From positions 32,001 to 96,000 of the forward strand of contig JBBIRK010000006.1 in the NCBI GenBank assembly GCA_037441845.1: a stretch of 64,000 bases of DNA. The letters run 5' to 3'. Source of the DNA: Candidatus Zixiibacteriota bacterium. Its GTDB lineage: Bacteria > Zixibacteria > MSB-5A5 > UBA10806 > 4484-95. Numbering within the stretch: the stretch's first letter is position 1; every line of letters begins with the position of its first letter. Both the position numbers and the translations under genes were made by a program. Shown here piece by piece: positions 48,501-56,130 of this stretch. The notes below the pieces were generated by a model. That model saw only the letters and a program-made list of their open reading frames with translations, did not search any database and was not told the DNA's origin.

Positions 48501-48933
48501 TGTGAAAATAACCACCGACCTTGATCTTTTCCTGCCCGAAAATTATATAGCCGATTCTCTGCAGAGAGTCGATGTATACCGAAGATTTTCCGCCGCCGTA
48601 AGCCAAGCGGAAATAGACGATCTTTTGCTGGAGCTGGAGGATCGCTATGGTCCTGCCCCCGAATCGGTCGGTAATCTGGCGGCGGTGTCGGCGATCAGGC
48701 GACTGGCAAGAAAGCTGTCGGTGGCTTCTCTCGAGTTGAAAGGTCAAAAATTGGTGATGGAATTTTCCGAACAGACCAAGTACGATCGGACCAATATACA
48801 AAATTGGGTGAAAGCGGTTCCCCATCCGATAGAATTCAAATTCGACGGGGCCCTGACTATGTCCGTAACCCTTCCGGATCTCGAGACGAGGCCGTCGGAA
48901 GTGAAAAATGTTTTGCAGAACATGGTCGGTTGA
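45553..48933 (+). CDS. mfd: Transcription-repair coupling factor
   Basis: UvrB-like N-terminus, CarD/RID domain, GDVGYGKT, DEEH, TATPIPRT, QLRGRVGR and DLEIRGAG motifs. Confidence 0.97.
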   Translation: MILRKLLQDFSNLESTRSLEQLLNSQDNRVITIAGLCGSAKVLPIVHSFMITGRPILVISPGTEESESLNDDIKEFIGDDSLGHFPSWGIAPYEIRAPRADVIGQKIRVLSQLGQSRPVVVTASVEAIMEPTIDRATLTENNLKLEVGASADPTSLINLLERLQFVRRPMTEAIGEYSVRGGIVDFFSPTHDDPIRVEFFGDKIASIRTFSVLTQKSSARIAEAHVLPRREFLIDQSSLDRLSHELPEKKAQALHVALGDYGDYDGLEFLWPMLDCRRSSIFDHLPMNTIIFIDEPGLVFQHAAAYGETARKRFESVGDFPAAPPERIYFEENFLRSAIDRHKAMMLHLAADPDTADLIYRTSPQENFGSNLSHIKRRLKEMLQEGNRIAVLCETATHKQSLEELVDKTETPVEFHLGRLSAGFCLLDLHYWYLVDHQMFAGHRPRRTYRRFREGVALANYASLNPGDYVVHVDFGIGRFEGLQTLVVDGRKRDCLALIYAGDDRLYVPVEEFHRVQKYSGKDGEPRLSKLGTATWEKTKARARKAVLEMAGELISLYAERQAFPGFAAKPDGEWQHRLEASFAFEETPDQLKAMEDIRIDMEKPVPMDRLICGDVGYGKTELAIRAALKAVDSGKQAAVLVPTTILAAQHLETFTERLAEFPVKIALLSRFCTPKQAKETKAGLASGTIDIVIGTHMLLQKNIKFKDLGLLIIDEEHRFGVAHKERLKKFRSQIDVLTLTATPIPRTMQLAFAGARDMSIINTPPQNRLPIVTEVAPFSDRLIVEAVNRELARNGQIYIVYNRVQSIDAFYKYLKTLLPLVRIAVAHGQMSERNLEKIMKDFYNKKYDVLLSTTIIESGLDIPAVNTLIVVRADRLGLAQLYQLRGRVGRSNLRAYAYLLIPPLKLLNQQARKRLKAIEEFTELGSGFHLAMRDLEIRGAGNLLGHQQHGFIEEVGFDLYIRLLEEAVAQLKGKSLDEHLADVKITTDLDLFLPENYIADSLQRVDVYRRFSAAVSQAEIDDLLLELEDRYGPAPESVGNLAAVSAIRRLARKLSVASLELKGQKLVMEFSEQTKYDRTNIQNWVKAVPHPIEFKFDGALTMSVTLPDLETRPSEVKNVLQNMVG

Positions 48934-48957
48934 GCTAAATTAAAAGACGGAAATCTG

Positions 48958-50430
48958 ATGAATAAATCGTTACGGATTGGAAGGATCGAAAAGCAAATGC
49001 GCCTTATCGGAAAATTCACGGTCGTCGTCGCTATGGCGATCTTGCTGGCCGGCTGCTCTCCCACCCGAAACATCGACGATGCGGTGATATTGAAGGCAGG
49101 CCGCCTGACCTATACCCTCGGCGAATTGAACAAACGTTTTTCCCAGACTGGGTTCGAAAACGAGGAAGACGAGTTTCGGCAAAAAAAGAGTTACCTCGAA
49201 CAACAACTCGACAAGATGCTGCTTGCCGACGGCGGGCTCGAATTAGGCTACGGCGATTCTGTCGTGCTGGACACCGCGGCTTTGTCCAATTTGATCGGCA
49301 ACATCGTTTTCGACCGGGAAGTGGCCAGCAAAGTCCCCGATGGCACCGATGATGCCGAAGTCAGAAAATTCTGGAATTACTACGGCGGGACGATTCAGAT
49401 TTCCCAAATCGTAACCAGGGATAAAAGCACCTGCGACAGCCTTTATGAAATTCTGACCGCCCACCCGGAAAGATTCGCCGAGCTGGCCGCCGCCTTTTCC
49501 ATAGATTCGACGACCGCTGCCAAAGGCGGTGATATGGGCACAATCCGCGTCGGTACACTCATACCCGAAATTGAGAAAAAGGCTTTCGGGCTCAAGCCGA
49601 ATCAAATGACCAGGCCGTTCGAAACAATCTACGGATGGCATATCGTGAAAATGATAGCCAGAAACGAATTCACCGAGGCCGATTTTCAGGCGCAAATCAA
49701 TAGATACCGCAATCTCTATATCAACAAAAGCAGAAAGCTGGCCCAAAACGCCTTATATGATAAGCTGGCCAGAAAATTCAATCTGCATATCAATCAATCA
49801 GGCCTGAAAATGCTTTCGGCTAAACTGGATAGTATCCAGAGAGCCGAACGCCAACAAAACTTGACCCCACGGCCTTTTCTCAAGTCTGCCGATTTGAATG
49901 CCGAAGAGTCGGCGATGCCCCTGGGCGTTACCGACGTCATGACATTGACCGCCAGTGATTTTCTGCGGCATTTCGAAACTTACCGCAATGAACACGGAAT
50001 CGATTTGACGAATCAAAAAATGGTCATGTATGTTCTTTCCAACAAGCTGGCGCCTATTTTGTCGATCGCCTACGGCCGGGCCGAGGGGATTCAAAACGAC
50101 CCGGAATATCAACGTATAATCGATGATACCAGGAACGCTCAGGTATTTAGATATATGCAGGCCAAGATCATGGCCCCGGTGCAAGTAAGCGACGATGAAA
50201 TCAGGGCGCGCTATCGGTCCGACAGCAGCCGCTTTATCGACGATTCCAGCGGCAAGCCGGTGCCAATGACTCTCGAACAGGCATGGAATATCATTCAAAA
50301 TGAAATCCTTCAGGAAAAAAGGGCTCAGGCCAGACAAAACTGGATCGACGAGCGTAAAAGAAAAGTTGAAAACTATATAGATCTTGAACTGTTAAGGGCC
50401 AATTTGGTTACCAGAAAGAAGAAGTCATGA
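48958..50430 (+). CDS. Parvulin PPIase lipoprotein
   Basis: Lipobox LAGC, FSID...KGGDMG and YGWHIV motifs. The true start may be the ATG at 48997. Confidence 0.85.
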   Translation: MNKSLRIGRIEKQMRLIGKFTVVVAMAILLAGCSPTRNIDDAVILKAGRLTYTLGELNKRFSQTGFENEEDEFRQKKSYLEQQLDKMLLADGGLELGYGDSVVLDTAALSNLIGNIVFDREVASKVPDGTDDAEVRKFWNYYGGTIQISQIVTRDKSTCDSLYEILTAHPERFAELAAAFSIDSTTAAKGGDMGTIRVGTLIPEIEKKAFGLKPNQMTRPFETIYGWHIVKMIARNEFTEADFQAQINRYRNLYINKSRKLAQNALYDKLARKFNLHINQSGLKMLSAKLDSIQRAERQQNLTPRPFLKSADLNAEESAMPLGVTDVMTLTASDFLRHFETYRNEHGIDLTNQKMVMYVLSNKLAPILSIAYGRAEGIQNDPEYQRIIDDTRNAQVFRYMQAKIMAPVQVSDDEIRARYRSDSSRFIDDSSGKPVPMTLEQAWNIIQNEILQEKRAQARQNWIDERKRKVENYIDLELLRANLVTRKKKS

Positions 50431-51266
50431 GAACAAAGTTCGTAATTGTTACATCAATGTTGATTTTCGTCGCAGGTTGTTCCTCCAAGGCGCAGGAAGG
50501 CAAAGTAGTCGCCGAGGTAAACGGCCAAAAATTGACCGAGGAATACTTGCTTGCCCAATTTCCTGCCGAATACCGTGCCAACCTGACTTCCGAGGATCTG
50601 GATAAAGCGATTCAGTCATGGGTGGAGCTCGAAATCCTTTATCAGGAGGGGGTACGGCAGAAGATAAATGAGGATCGCCAGGTATTGGACCTGATAGATC
50701 AAGCGCGCAAAACCATCATCGCCAGAAGATTCCTCGAATCGGCTATCGGCCCGAGTATCAATGTCACCGACAGCGAAATGCATGCCGCATATGAAAGGGA
50801 ATCAGCCCGTTTCACCAGCAATGAAGAAGCGGTCAACCTGAGCCATATCGTATTGCGCAGCGAGGGTGCCGCTCAGGCCGTTTATAAAAGACTTCAAGCC
50901 GGCGAGAATTTCGCGCAGCTGGTTATGGATTATTCCGAAGACACCTCCAGCGCCAAGCGTGGCGGCGATATCGGATTTATGCCGGTCGCCGCGCTCGAAA
51001 AAGCGATGGTCGACGAAATTGCACATCTGCCGATCGGCAAATTCACGAAGCCGATAAAATCTCAGGCCGGGGCATACCACATATTTTTGGTGAAGGATAG
51101 GCGATCCAGCGGCTCCTCCATTCCTTTCGAGGAAGTCAAGGACGATATCGCTCAGGCCATTTTGGCCGAGAAGCAGCAGATCGCCTTCGATTCTTTGGTA
51201 ACCGCTCTCAAGAATAAAGCGAAGATCAACATTTATCCTTTGGGTGACTCCATTGGCAAAAAGTGA
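50427..51266 (+). CDS. Parvulin PPIase lipoprotein (PrsA-like)
   Basis: Lipobox VAGC, VAEVNG, SHIV, YSED...RGGDIG and YHIF motifs. Confidence 0.9.
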   Translation: MRTKFVIVTSMLIFVAGCSSKAQEGKVVAEVNGQKLTEEYLLAQFPAEYRANLTSEDLDKAIQSWVELEILYQEGVRQKINEDRQVLDLIDQARKTIIARRFLESAIGPSINVTDSEMHAAYERESARFTSNEEAVNLSHIVLRSEGAAQAVYKRLQAGENFAQLVMDYSEDTSSAKRGGDIGFMPVAALEKAMVDEIAHLPIGKFTKPIKSQAGAYHIFLVKDRRSSGSSIPFEEVKDDIAQAILAEKQQIAFDSLVTALKNKAKINIYPLGDSIGKK

Positions 51267-52545
51267 ATCTGCCTTTACTTTATGCGTGATTCTTTTTCTG
51301 GTCCTAACTGCTCCGGCCGGTTGCTGGGAAAAGCTGGACGGTGTGGCGGCGATCGTCGATGATCGGATAATACTGATCTCCGAGCTCCAATCGCAAATAC
51401 AGCTTGCGGCGATGCAATTTTCTCTCGACATTTCCGACTCGGCGCGTATAGACAGCTTGAGAAAAACGCTACTGCAACAGATGATAGACGACAAGCTGGT
51501 GTTAATCGAAGCAGAAAAAGATACCACTATCAAAATCACCGGCAAACAGATCGAAGAAGCGCTCAATCAACAGATAGAAAGATTGAAATCGCAATTCCCA
51601 TCCGAAGACGCTTTCATGAGACAACTGACCGCGGAGGGTCTGACTCTTAAGAGTCTGCGTCTGCGCTATCGGGAACAGATTAAGAATCAACTTACCAAAG
51701 AAATGTATCTCGATAAATTGTTTTCCAAAATCACGATCTCATCGGGCGAAACCAAAGAGTTCTACAATACTTATCGCGATAGCCTGCCCCGGTTGCCGGC
51801 GGGTTATCACCTAGCCCAAATCCTTCTCGGGATTTACCCCAACGAAACCGTTCAGGATTCTCTGCGGCGATTTGCCGAGGCTTTGAGGCAAAAAATAGCA
51901 GCCGGCGAGGATTTCACCTTGATGGCGCGTTCCTTTTCCGACGACGCCAGTTCCGAAGAAGGCGGCGAACTCGGTTGGTTCGGAAGAGGGGAGATGGTCC
52001 CCGAATTCGACAGCGCCGCTTTTTCTCTCGGTCCCGGTGAGCTATCGGGTGTGGTGCGGACTCGTTTCGGGTTTCATATCATCAAATGTCTCGAAAAAAA
52101 GGAAGACAAAATCCGGGTAAGTCATATCCTGATCGGCTTCAAACCATCGCCTGAGGATATCCTCGGCAAGAGAAATTTCGCTGATTCTCTGCGCGATCTG
52201 TTGACTTCCGGGGCGGATTTCGGCGATCTGGCCAGTAAATATTCAGAGGACGAAGGGAGCAGATTTTCCGATGGCGATATAGGCTGGTTTTCACTGCCGG
52301 AAATGCTGCCGGAATTCCGAGAGGTCGTCGATAAGCTTAACCCGGGTGACATATCCCCGCCGATTAAAACGGACTACGGCTGGCACATCGTAAAAGTACT
52401 CGAAAAGCAAGATGGACGCCCGGTTGACTACGTAAAGGATTACACAGATATCGAAAAGCTTGCCAGACGCTATAAAACCCAAAAAGAGCTTCAGCAATGG
52501 CTCAAGACCGCCCGGGAAAAATACTATGTGCAAATTGTTCAATGA
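51244..52545 (+). CDS. surA: SurA-like chaperone/PPIase (two parvulin domains)
   Basis: LDGVAAIVDDRIILISEL SurA N-domain and two PPIase domains (GGELGWF...FGFHII; GDIGWF...YGWHIV). Confidence 0.8.
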   Translation: MTPLAKSESAFTLCVILFLVLTAPAGCWEKLDGVAAIVDDRIILISELQSQIQLAAMQFSLDISDSARIDSLRKTLLQQMIDDKLVLIEAEKDTTIKITGKQIEEALNQQIERLKSQFPSEDAFMRQLTAEGLTLKSLRLRYREQIKNQLTKEMYLDKLFSKITISSGETKEFYNTYRDSLPRLPAGYHLAQILLGIYPNETVQDSLRRFAEALRQKIAAGEDFTLMARSFSDDASSEEGGELGWFGRGEMVPEFDSAAFSLGPGELSGVVRTRFGFHIIKCLEKKEDKIRVSHILIGFKPSPEDILGKRNFADSLRDLLTSGADFGDLASKYSEDEGSRFSDGDIGWFSLPEMLPEFREVVDKLNPGDISPPIKTDYGWHIVKVLEKQDGRPVDYVKDYTDIEKLARRYKTQKELQQWLKTAREKYYVQIVQ

Positions 52546-52706
52546 AACGACCACCGAAAGCAAGGAAGAAACTGCGGTCGTATAATCTGCCTATCATTCG
52601 ATCTGTGCCGCGTTTCTTTGAATTGATTCTATTCGGCCGGCGGCCGATGGGGTCGCGTCTCCGTCTCGCCGCAACATGATTGCGACGTTCGATATTTCGA
52701 TAATAA

Positions 52707-52973
52707 ATGCGTCTTGACGTTTTTCTGGCGAAAGCCCGCATATTAAAAACCAGATCGCTCGTCAAAATCGCTATCGACGAGGGGATGGTATTCATCAATG
52801 GCCTTCAGGCCAAACCGGCCTCGACGGTCAAGATAGGCCACATCATCGAGGTTGACATCCCCAGATTTTACCTCAAATTGAAAGTGGTCTCATTGCCATC
52901 GAAAAATCTGAAAAAATCCGAAGCCCGCTCGCTTTTCGAGACTCTCGAAAGCAGGCGGAAGGAGCTCATCTGA
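52707..52973 (+). CDS. S4-domain RNA-binding protein (Hsp15/RqcP-like)
   Basis: MRLDVFL...KTRS...G.V.ING..AKPA. Confidence 0.88.
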   Translation: MRLDVFLAKARILKTRSLVKIAIDEGMVFINGLQAKPASTVKIGHIIEVDIPRFYLKLKVVSLPSKNLKKSEARSLFETLESRRKELI

Positions 52974-54259
52974 AAAATCATTTCGTCACCGGCAAGATTC
53001 GAAAAGACCGAGTGCTACTGGCCGCTTTGAGGACTCCGGGGATCCGAGCCGAGGAGATCAACGATTCGCTTCAGGAGTTGGCGGCCCTCTGTCGATCCGC
53101 CGGAGGGGAAGTCGTCGCTGTCGTCAGTCAGAATCGCGACAGAATCGATCCGGGTCATTTGTTCGGCGAAGGCAAGCTCAAAGAGATAAAAAGGCTCGCC
53201 GAGGAATTTGACGCCAAGCTGATGGTGTTCGACGGTGAATTGACCGCGTCGCAGCAGGAAAAAATCGAAAAATTCCTCGATATGGCGGTTATCGACCGCC
53301 CCGCGCTCATTCTCGATATTTTCGCCCGCCACGCCAGAACCCGCGAGGCTATCGCCCAGGTTAATTTGGCGCAGCTGCAATATCTACTGCCGCGGCTGGC
53401 TGGTCACTGGTCTCACCTGGAACGCCAGGAAGCGGCGATCGGAACCAGAGGCCCCGGCGAAACCCAGCTCGAAACCGATCGTCGCATGGTGCGCCGGAAA
53501 ATCGCCGAACTGAAACGGGTTCTGAAAAAAATCGACAGCGAACGCGAGGTTCAACGCCGCCGACGCAGCACGAAAATCAATTTCTGCCTGGTCGGTTATA
53601 CCAACGCCGGAAAATCGAGTTTGTTCAACCGGCTCTGTAATGATTCCGTGTACGTCGCGGATAAATTGTTCGCCACGCTCGATTCGACGACCCGCCGTTT
53701 ACCCTTTCATGGAAGAGCCGAGATCATGCTCACAGACACCGTTGGATTTATACGAAAATTGCCGGTGAATCTAATCGCTTCGTTTCGTTCGACACTTAAA
53801 GAAGTGAATTCCGCTGATATGCTTATCCACGTGGCCGATGCCTCATCGGGAGATGTCGAGGAAAAAATCGTTTCCGTCAGCCAGGTGTTGAGCGATATCG
53901 GAGCAGGCGGGATCCCCACCCTGCTTCTATTCAATAAAATCGATCTGGTGAAGGATAAGGGATATCTGAAAAATCTATCGTTGAATTACCCGGATAGCAT
54001 GCAAATTTCAGTGAAAACAGACGAAGGTGTCGAGCAGCTGATTTATAGATTGCAAAAGCTGGCTCTTAGTCTGTATATCGAATTGGAAATCAGAATTCCG
54101 CAGACGGAAACCCACGCAATCAAATTGGCCTCCAAGTTGATGCAGATTGCGTCGGGACGTCTGGATAACGGCTTTCTTGTTTTTACCGGCAAGATATTGA
54201 AACACGAAGTTCCATTGCTGGAAAACGCGGGGATCAAAATCGATGGTCAAGCGAAATAA
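52970..54259 (+). CDS. hflX: GTPase HflX (probable CTG start; first GTG at 53012)
   Basis: ILDIFARHA, RGPGETQLETDRR, GYTNAGKS, LFATLD, DTVGFI and NKID motifs. Confidence 0.96.
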   Translation: MKNHFVTGKIRKDRVLLAALRTPGIRAEEINDSLQELAALCRSAGGEVVAVVSQNRDRIDPGHLFGEGKLKEIKRLAEEFDAKLMVFDGELTASQQEKIEKFLDMAVIDRPALILDIFARHARTREAIAQVNLAQLQYLLPRLAGHWSHLERQEAAIGTRGPGETQLETDRRMVRRKIAELKRVLKKIDSEREVQRRRRSTKINFCLVGYTNAGKSSLFNRLCNDSVYVADKLFATLDSTTRRLPFHGRAEIMLTDTVGFIRKLPVNLIASFRSTLKEVNSADMLIHVADASSGDVEEKIVSVSQVLSDIGAGGIPTLLLFNKIDLVKDKGYLKNLSLNYPDSMQISVKTDEGVEQLIYRLQKLALSLYIELEIRIPQTETHAIKLASKLMQIASGRLDNGFLVFTGKILKHEVPLLENAGIKIDGQAK

Positions 54260-54974
54260 ATTCGCCGGAATGCGAGCACTGGTAACCGGCGCTTCATCGG
54301 GGATCGGAAACGCTGTCGCCAGGCTGTTTTTGCAATCCGGGATGAGGGTGGTAATCAGCGGCCGCAACGAAAATAAGTTGATGACGCTGGCCGGCGAATT
54401 CAAAGAAGCCGTGATCGAGCCTGCCGATCTGACCGATTCTAACCAGACGATCCGACTGGCTTTGAACTCACTCAAACATTTCGCCGGCCTCGACGTTCTG
54501 GTCAATAACGCAGGCATCGGGATCAATCGCAACGTAATCCAGATGGATCTGAGCGAATTTGATCTTACGCTGAATCTGAATCTGCGCGCGCCCTTTATTC
54601 TCAGCAAGATAATCGGCGCCCACATGGCCGAATCGGGCGGCGGTCATATAATAAATATCGGCTCCGGTGCGTCCTATACCCCGATCGCCGGTTATGCAGC
54701 CTACTGCGCCTCCAAATACGGATTGCTCGGCTTTTCCGAGAGTTTGGCGCTCGAGCTGCGCCAAAAAAATATCAAGGTCTCTATCGTGATGCCCGGCAGC
54801 GTAGCCACCGCTTTCGGAGGCGGAACCCCCGAGCAAAGATTGAAATCCCGCCCGGGAATTCTTTTGCCAGAGGATGTCGCCCAGGCGGTGATGTTTTTAC
54901 TCGATCAGCCGGCTCATGCCTGGACTTCACAGGTGAATCTGCGCCCATTGAATCCTGATAAGAAATGGTCTTGA
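54243..54974 (+). CDS. Short-chain dehydrogenase/reductase
   Basis: TGASSGIG, NNAG and YCASK motifs. Confidence 0.93.
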   Translation: MVKRNKFAGMRALVTGASSGIGNAVARLFLQSGMRVVISGRNENKLMTLAGEFKEAVIEPADLTDSNQTIRLALNSLKHFAGLDVLVNNAGIGINRNVIQMDLSEFDLTLNLNLRAPFILSKIIGAHMAESGGGHIINIGSGASYTPIAGYAAYCASKYGLLGFSESLALELRQKNIKVSIVMPGSVATAFGGGTPEQRLKSRPGILLPEDVAQAVMFLLDQPAHAWTSQVNLRPLNPDKKWS

Positions 54975-54995
54975 ACCTATGACAAGGAGGAAAAG

Positions 54996-55412
54996 ATGAA
55001 AACGTTATCGATCGTAATCTTATCATTGGCCTTGGCTGCCGCAGGAGCCGATATTTTCGCCCAAGAGGCTTCAAAGGGCGGCGACAGCACTGAGATCAAG
55101 CTTGAAAAAATCGCCTGCGGCAGCGGTGTGGCCGATCGCGAACTTACCGGACAAGATACGGTCTTCTCAGTCGAATCAGGAACGATCTATTGCTGGACCT
55201 TATTTACCGGTGGAGCGCCGGGTAATTCCGTAACTCACGTCTGGAGCCTCGACGGCAAAGAAATGGCTCGCGTATCCTTGCCGGTGGATTATCCGAGAAC
55301 CAGAACCTGGTCCAGCAAGAAAATTTTCGCCGGTGCCGAGGGAAAATGGCGGGTCGAAGTGGTCGATTCGAGGGACAGCGTTCTGGCCGCCGTCGAGTTT
55401 GTCGTCAGATGA
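54996..55412 (+). CDS. Secreted DUF2914-like Ig-fold protein
   Basis: Signal peptide; IYCWT, VTHVW, RTWSSK and GKWRVEV motifs. Confidence 0.8.
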   Translation: MKTLSIVILSLALAAAGADIFAQEASKGGDSTEIKLEKIACGSGVADRELTGQDTVFSVESGTIYCWTLFTGGAPGNSVTHVWSLDGKEMARVSLPVDYPRTRTWSSKKIFAGAEGKWRVEVVDSRDSVLAAVEFVVR

Positions 55413-55433
55413 TTTTCACCGCCGAGTCGGTCG

Positions 55434-55970
55434 ATGCATAATGAAGCGGAAAATCCATCGGGAAAATCAACCGAACCTTCTTTGGAACTCGAATTCGCTC
55501 TGACACGGACCGATTTGCTCTGGTATAATTTCCATTTCAATAGACATCTGTTGGTAATAGCCATATGCCTGATCGCGCCGCTCGCCGTGGTAATCCACTT
55601 TCTGGCGGTTTCAAGCGGCGATGACAGCCGGTTGTGGCTTTTTTGGCTGCTGGCGGGAATCCTGCTGGGTATCGGCTATTGTATCGGCTCATTGCTCATA
55701 ATAGCGGCGCAAGTATTTTATTCGAATTCGGCCTCGGTAACGGCGTCGCTGGAACCGCGAACCTACCATATCGATCGCACTGGCCTTCAGGTCAGATCGG
55801 GCGACAAACAGTGGCGGCGGACTTGGGCGGAAATCGGGGGAATCCGCAAAACCAGACGGGCTTATTATCTGTTTACCCCGGGACGCGGCTCGATTATCAT
55901 TCCCTTAAATCGTTTGAGCGACGATAAGGAGAAGGCGTTGTTGGCCGACCTCTTGCCTTGGCATCGATAA
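55434..55970 (+). CDS. YcxB-like membrane protein
   Basis: Two TM helices followed by a W..I....T..AYYL.....IIIP C-terminal domain. Confidence 0.7.
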   Translation: MHNEAENPSGKSTEPSLELEFALTRTDLLWYNFHFNRHLLVIAICLIAPLAVVIHFLAVSSGDDSRLWLFWLLAGILLGIGYCIGSLLIIAAQVFYSNSASVTASLEPRTYHIDRTGLQVRSGDKQWRRTWAEIGGIRKTRRAYYLFTPGRGSIIIPLNRLSDDKEKALLADLLPWHR

Positions 55971-56070
55971 TATCGGCACCGCCCCGCCCGATATTTCTTA
56001 TTCCCAAAAGTTATTCGAAATCTTGCCCGAAACCCAAAAAGCGTTATATTGTAAAATTGGCCGAAAATAA

Positions 56071-56106
56071 TTGACCGGCGGATACTGTTCATTATAATAG
56101 TGAACA
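56071..56106 (+). promoter_or_regulatory. uvrA promoter with inverted repeat over the -10 box
   Basis: TTGACC-N16-TATAAT, with the inverted repeat TGTTCATTAT-A-ATAGTGAACA at 56086-56106. Confidence 0.7.
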
Positions 56107-56130
56107 TATGTAGATTAATATGGGGTTGAA

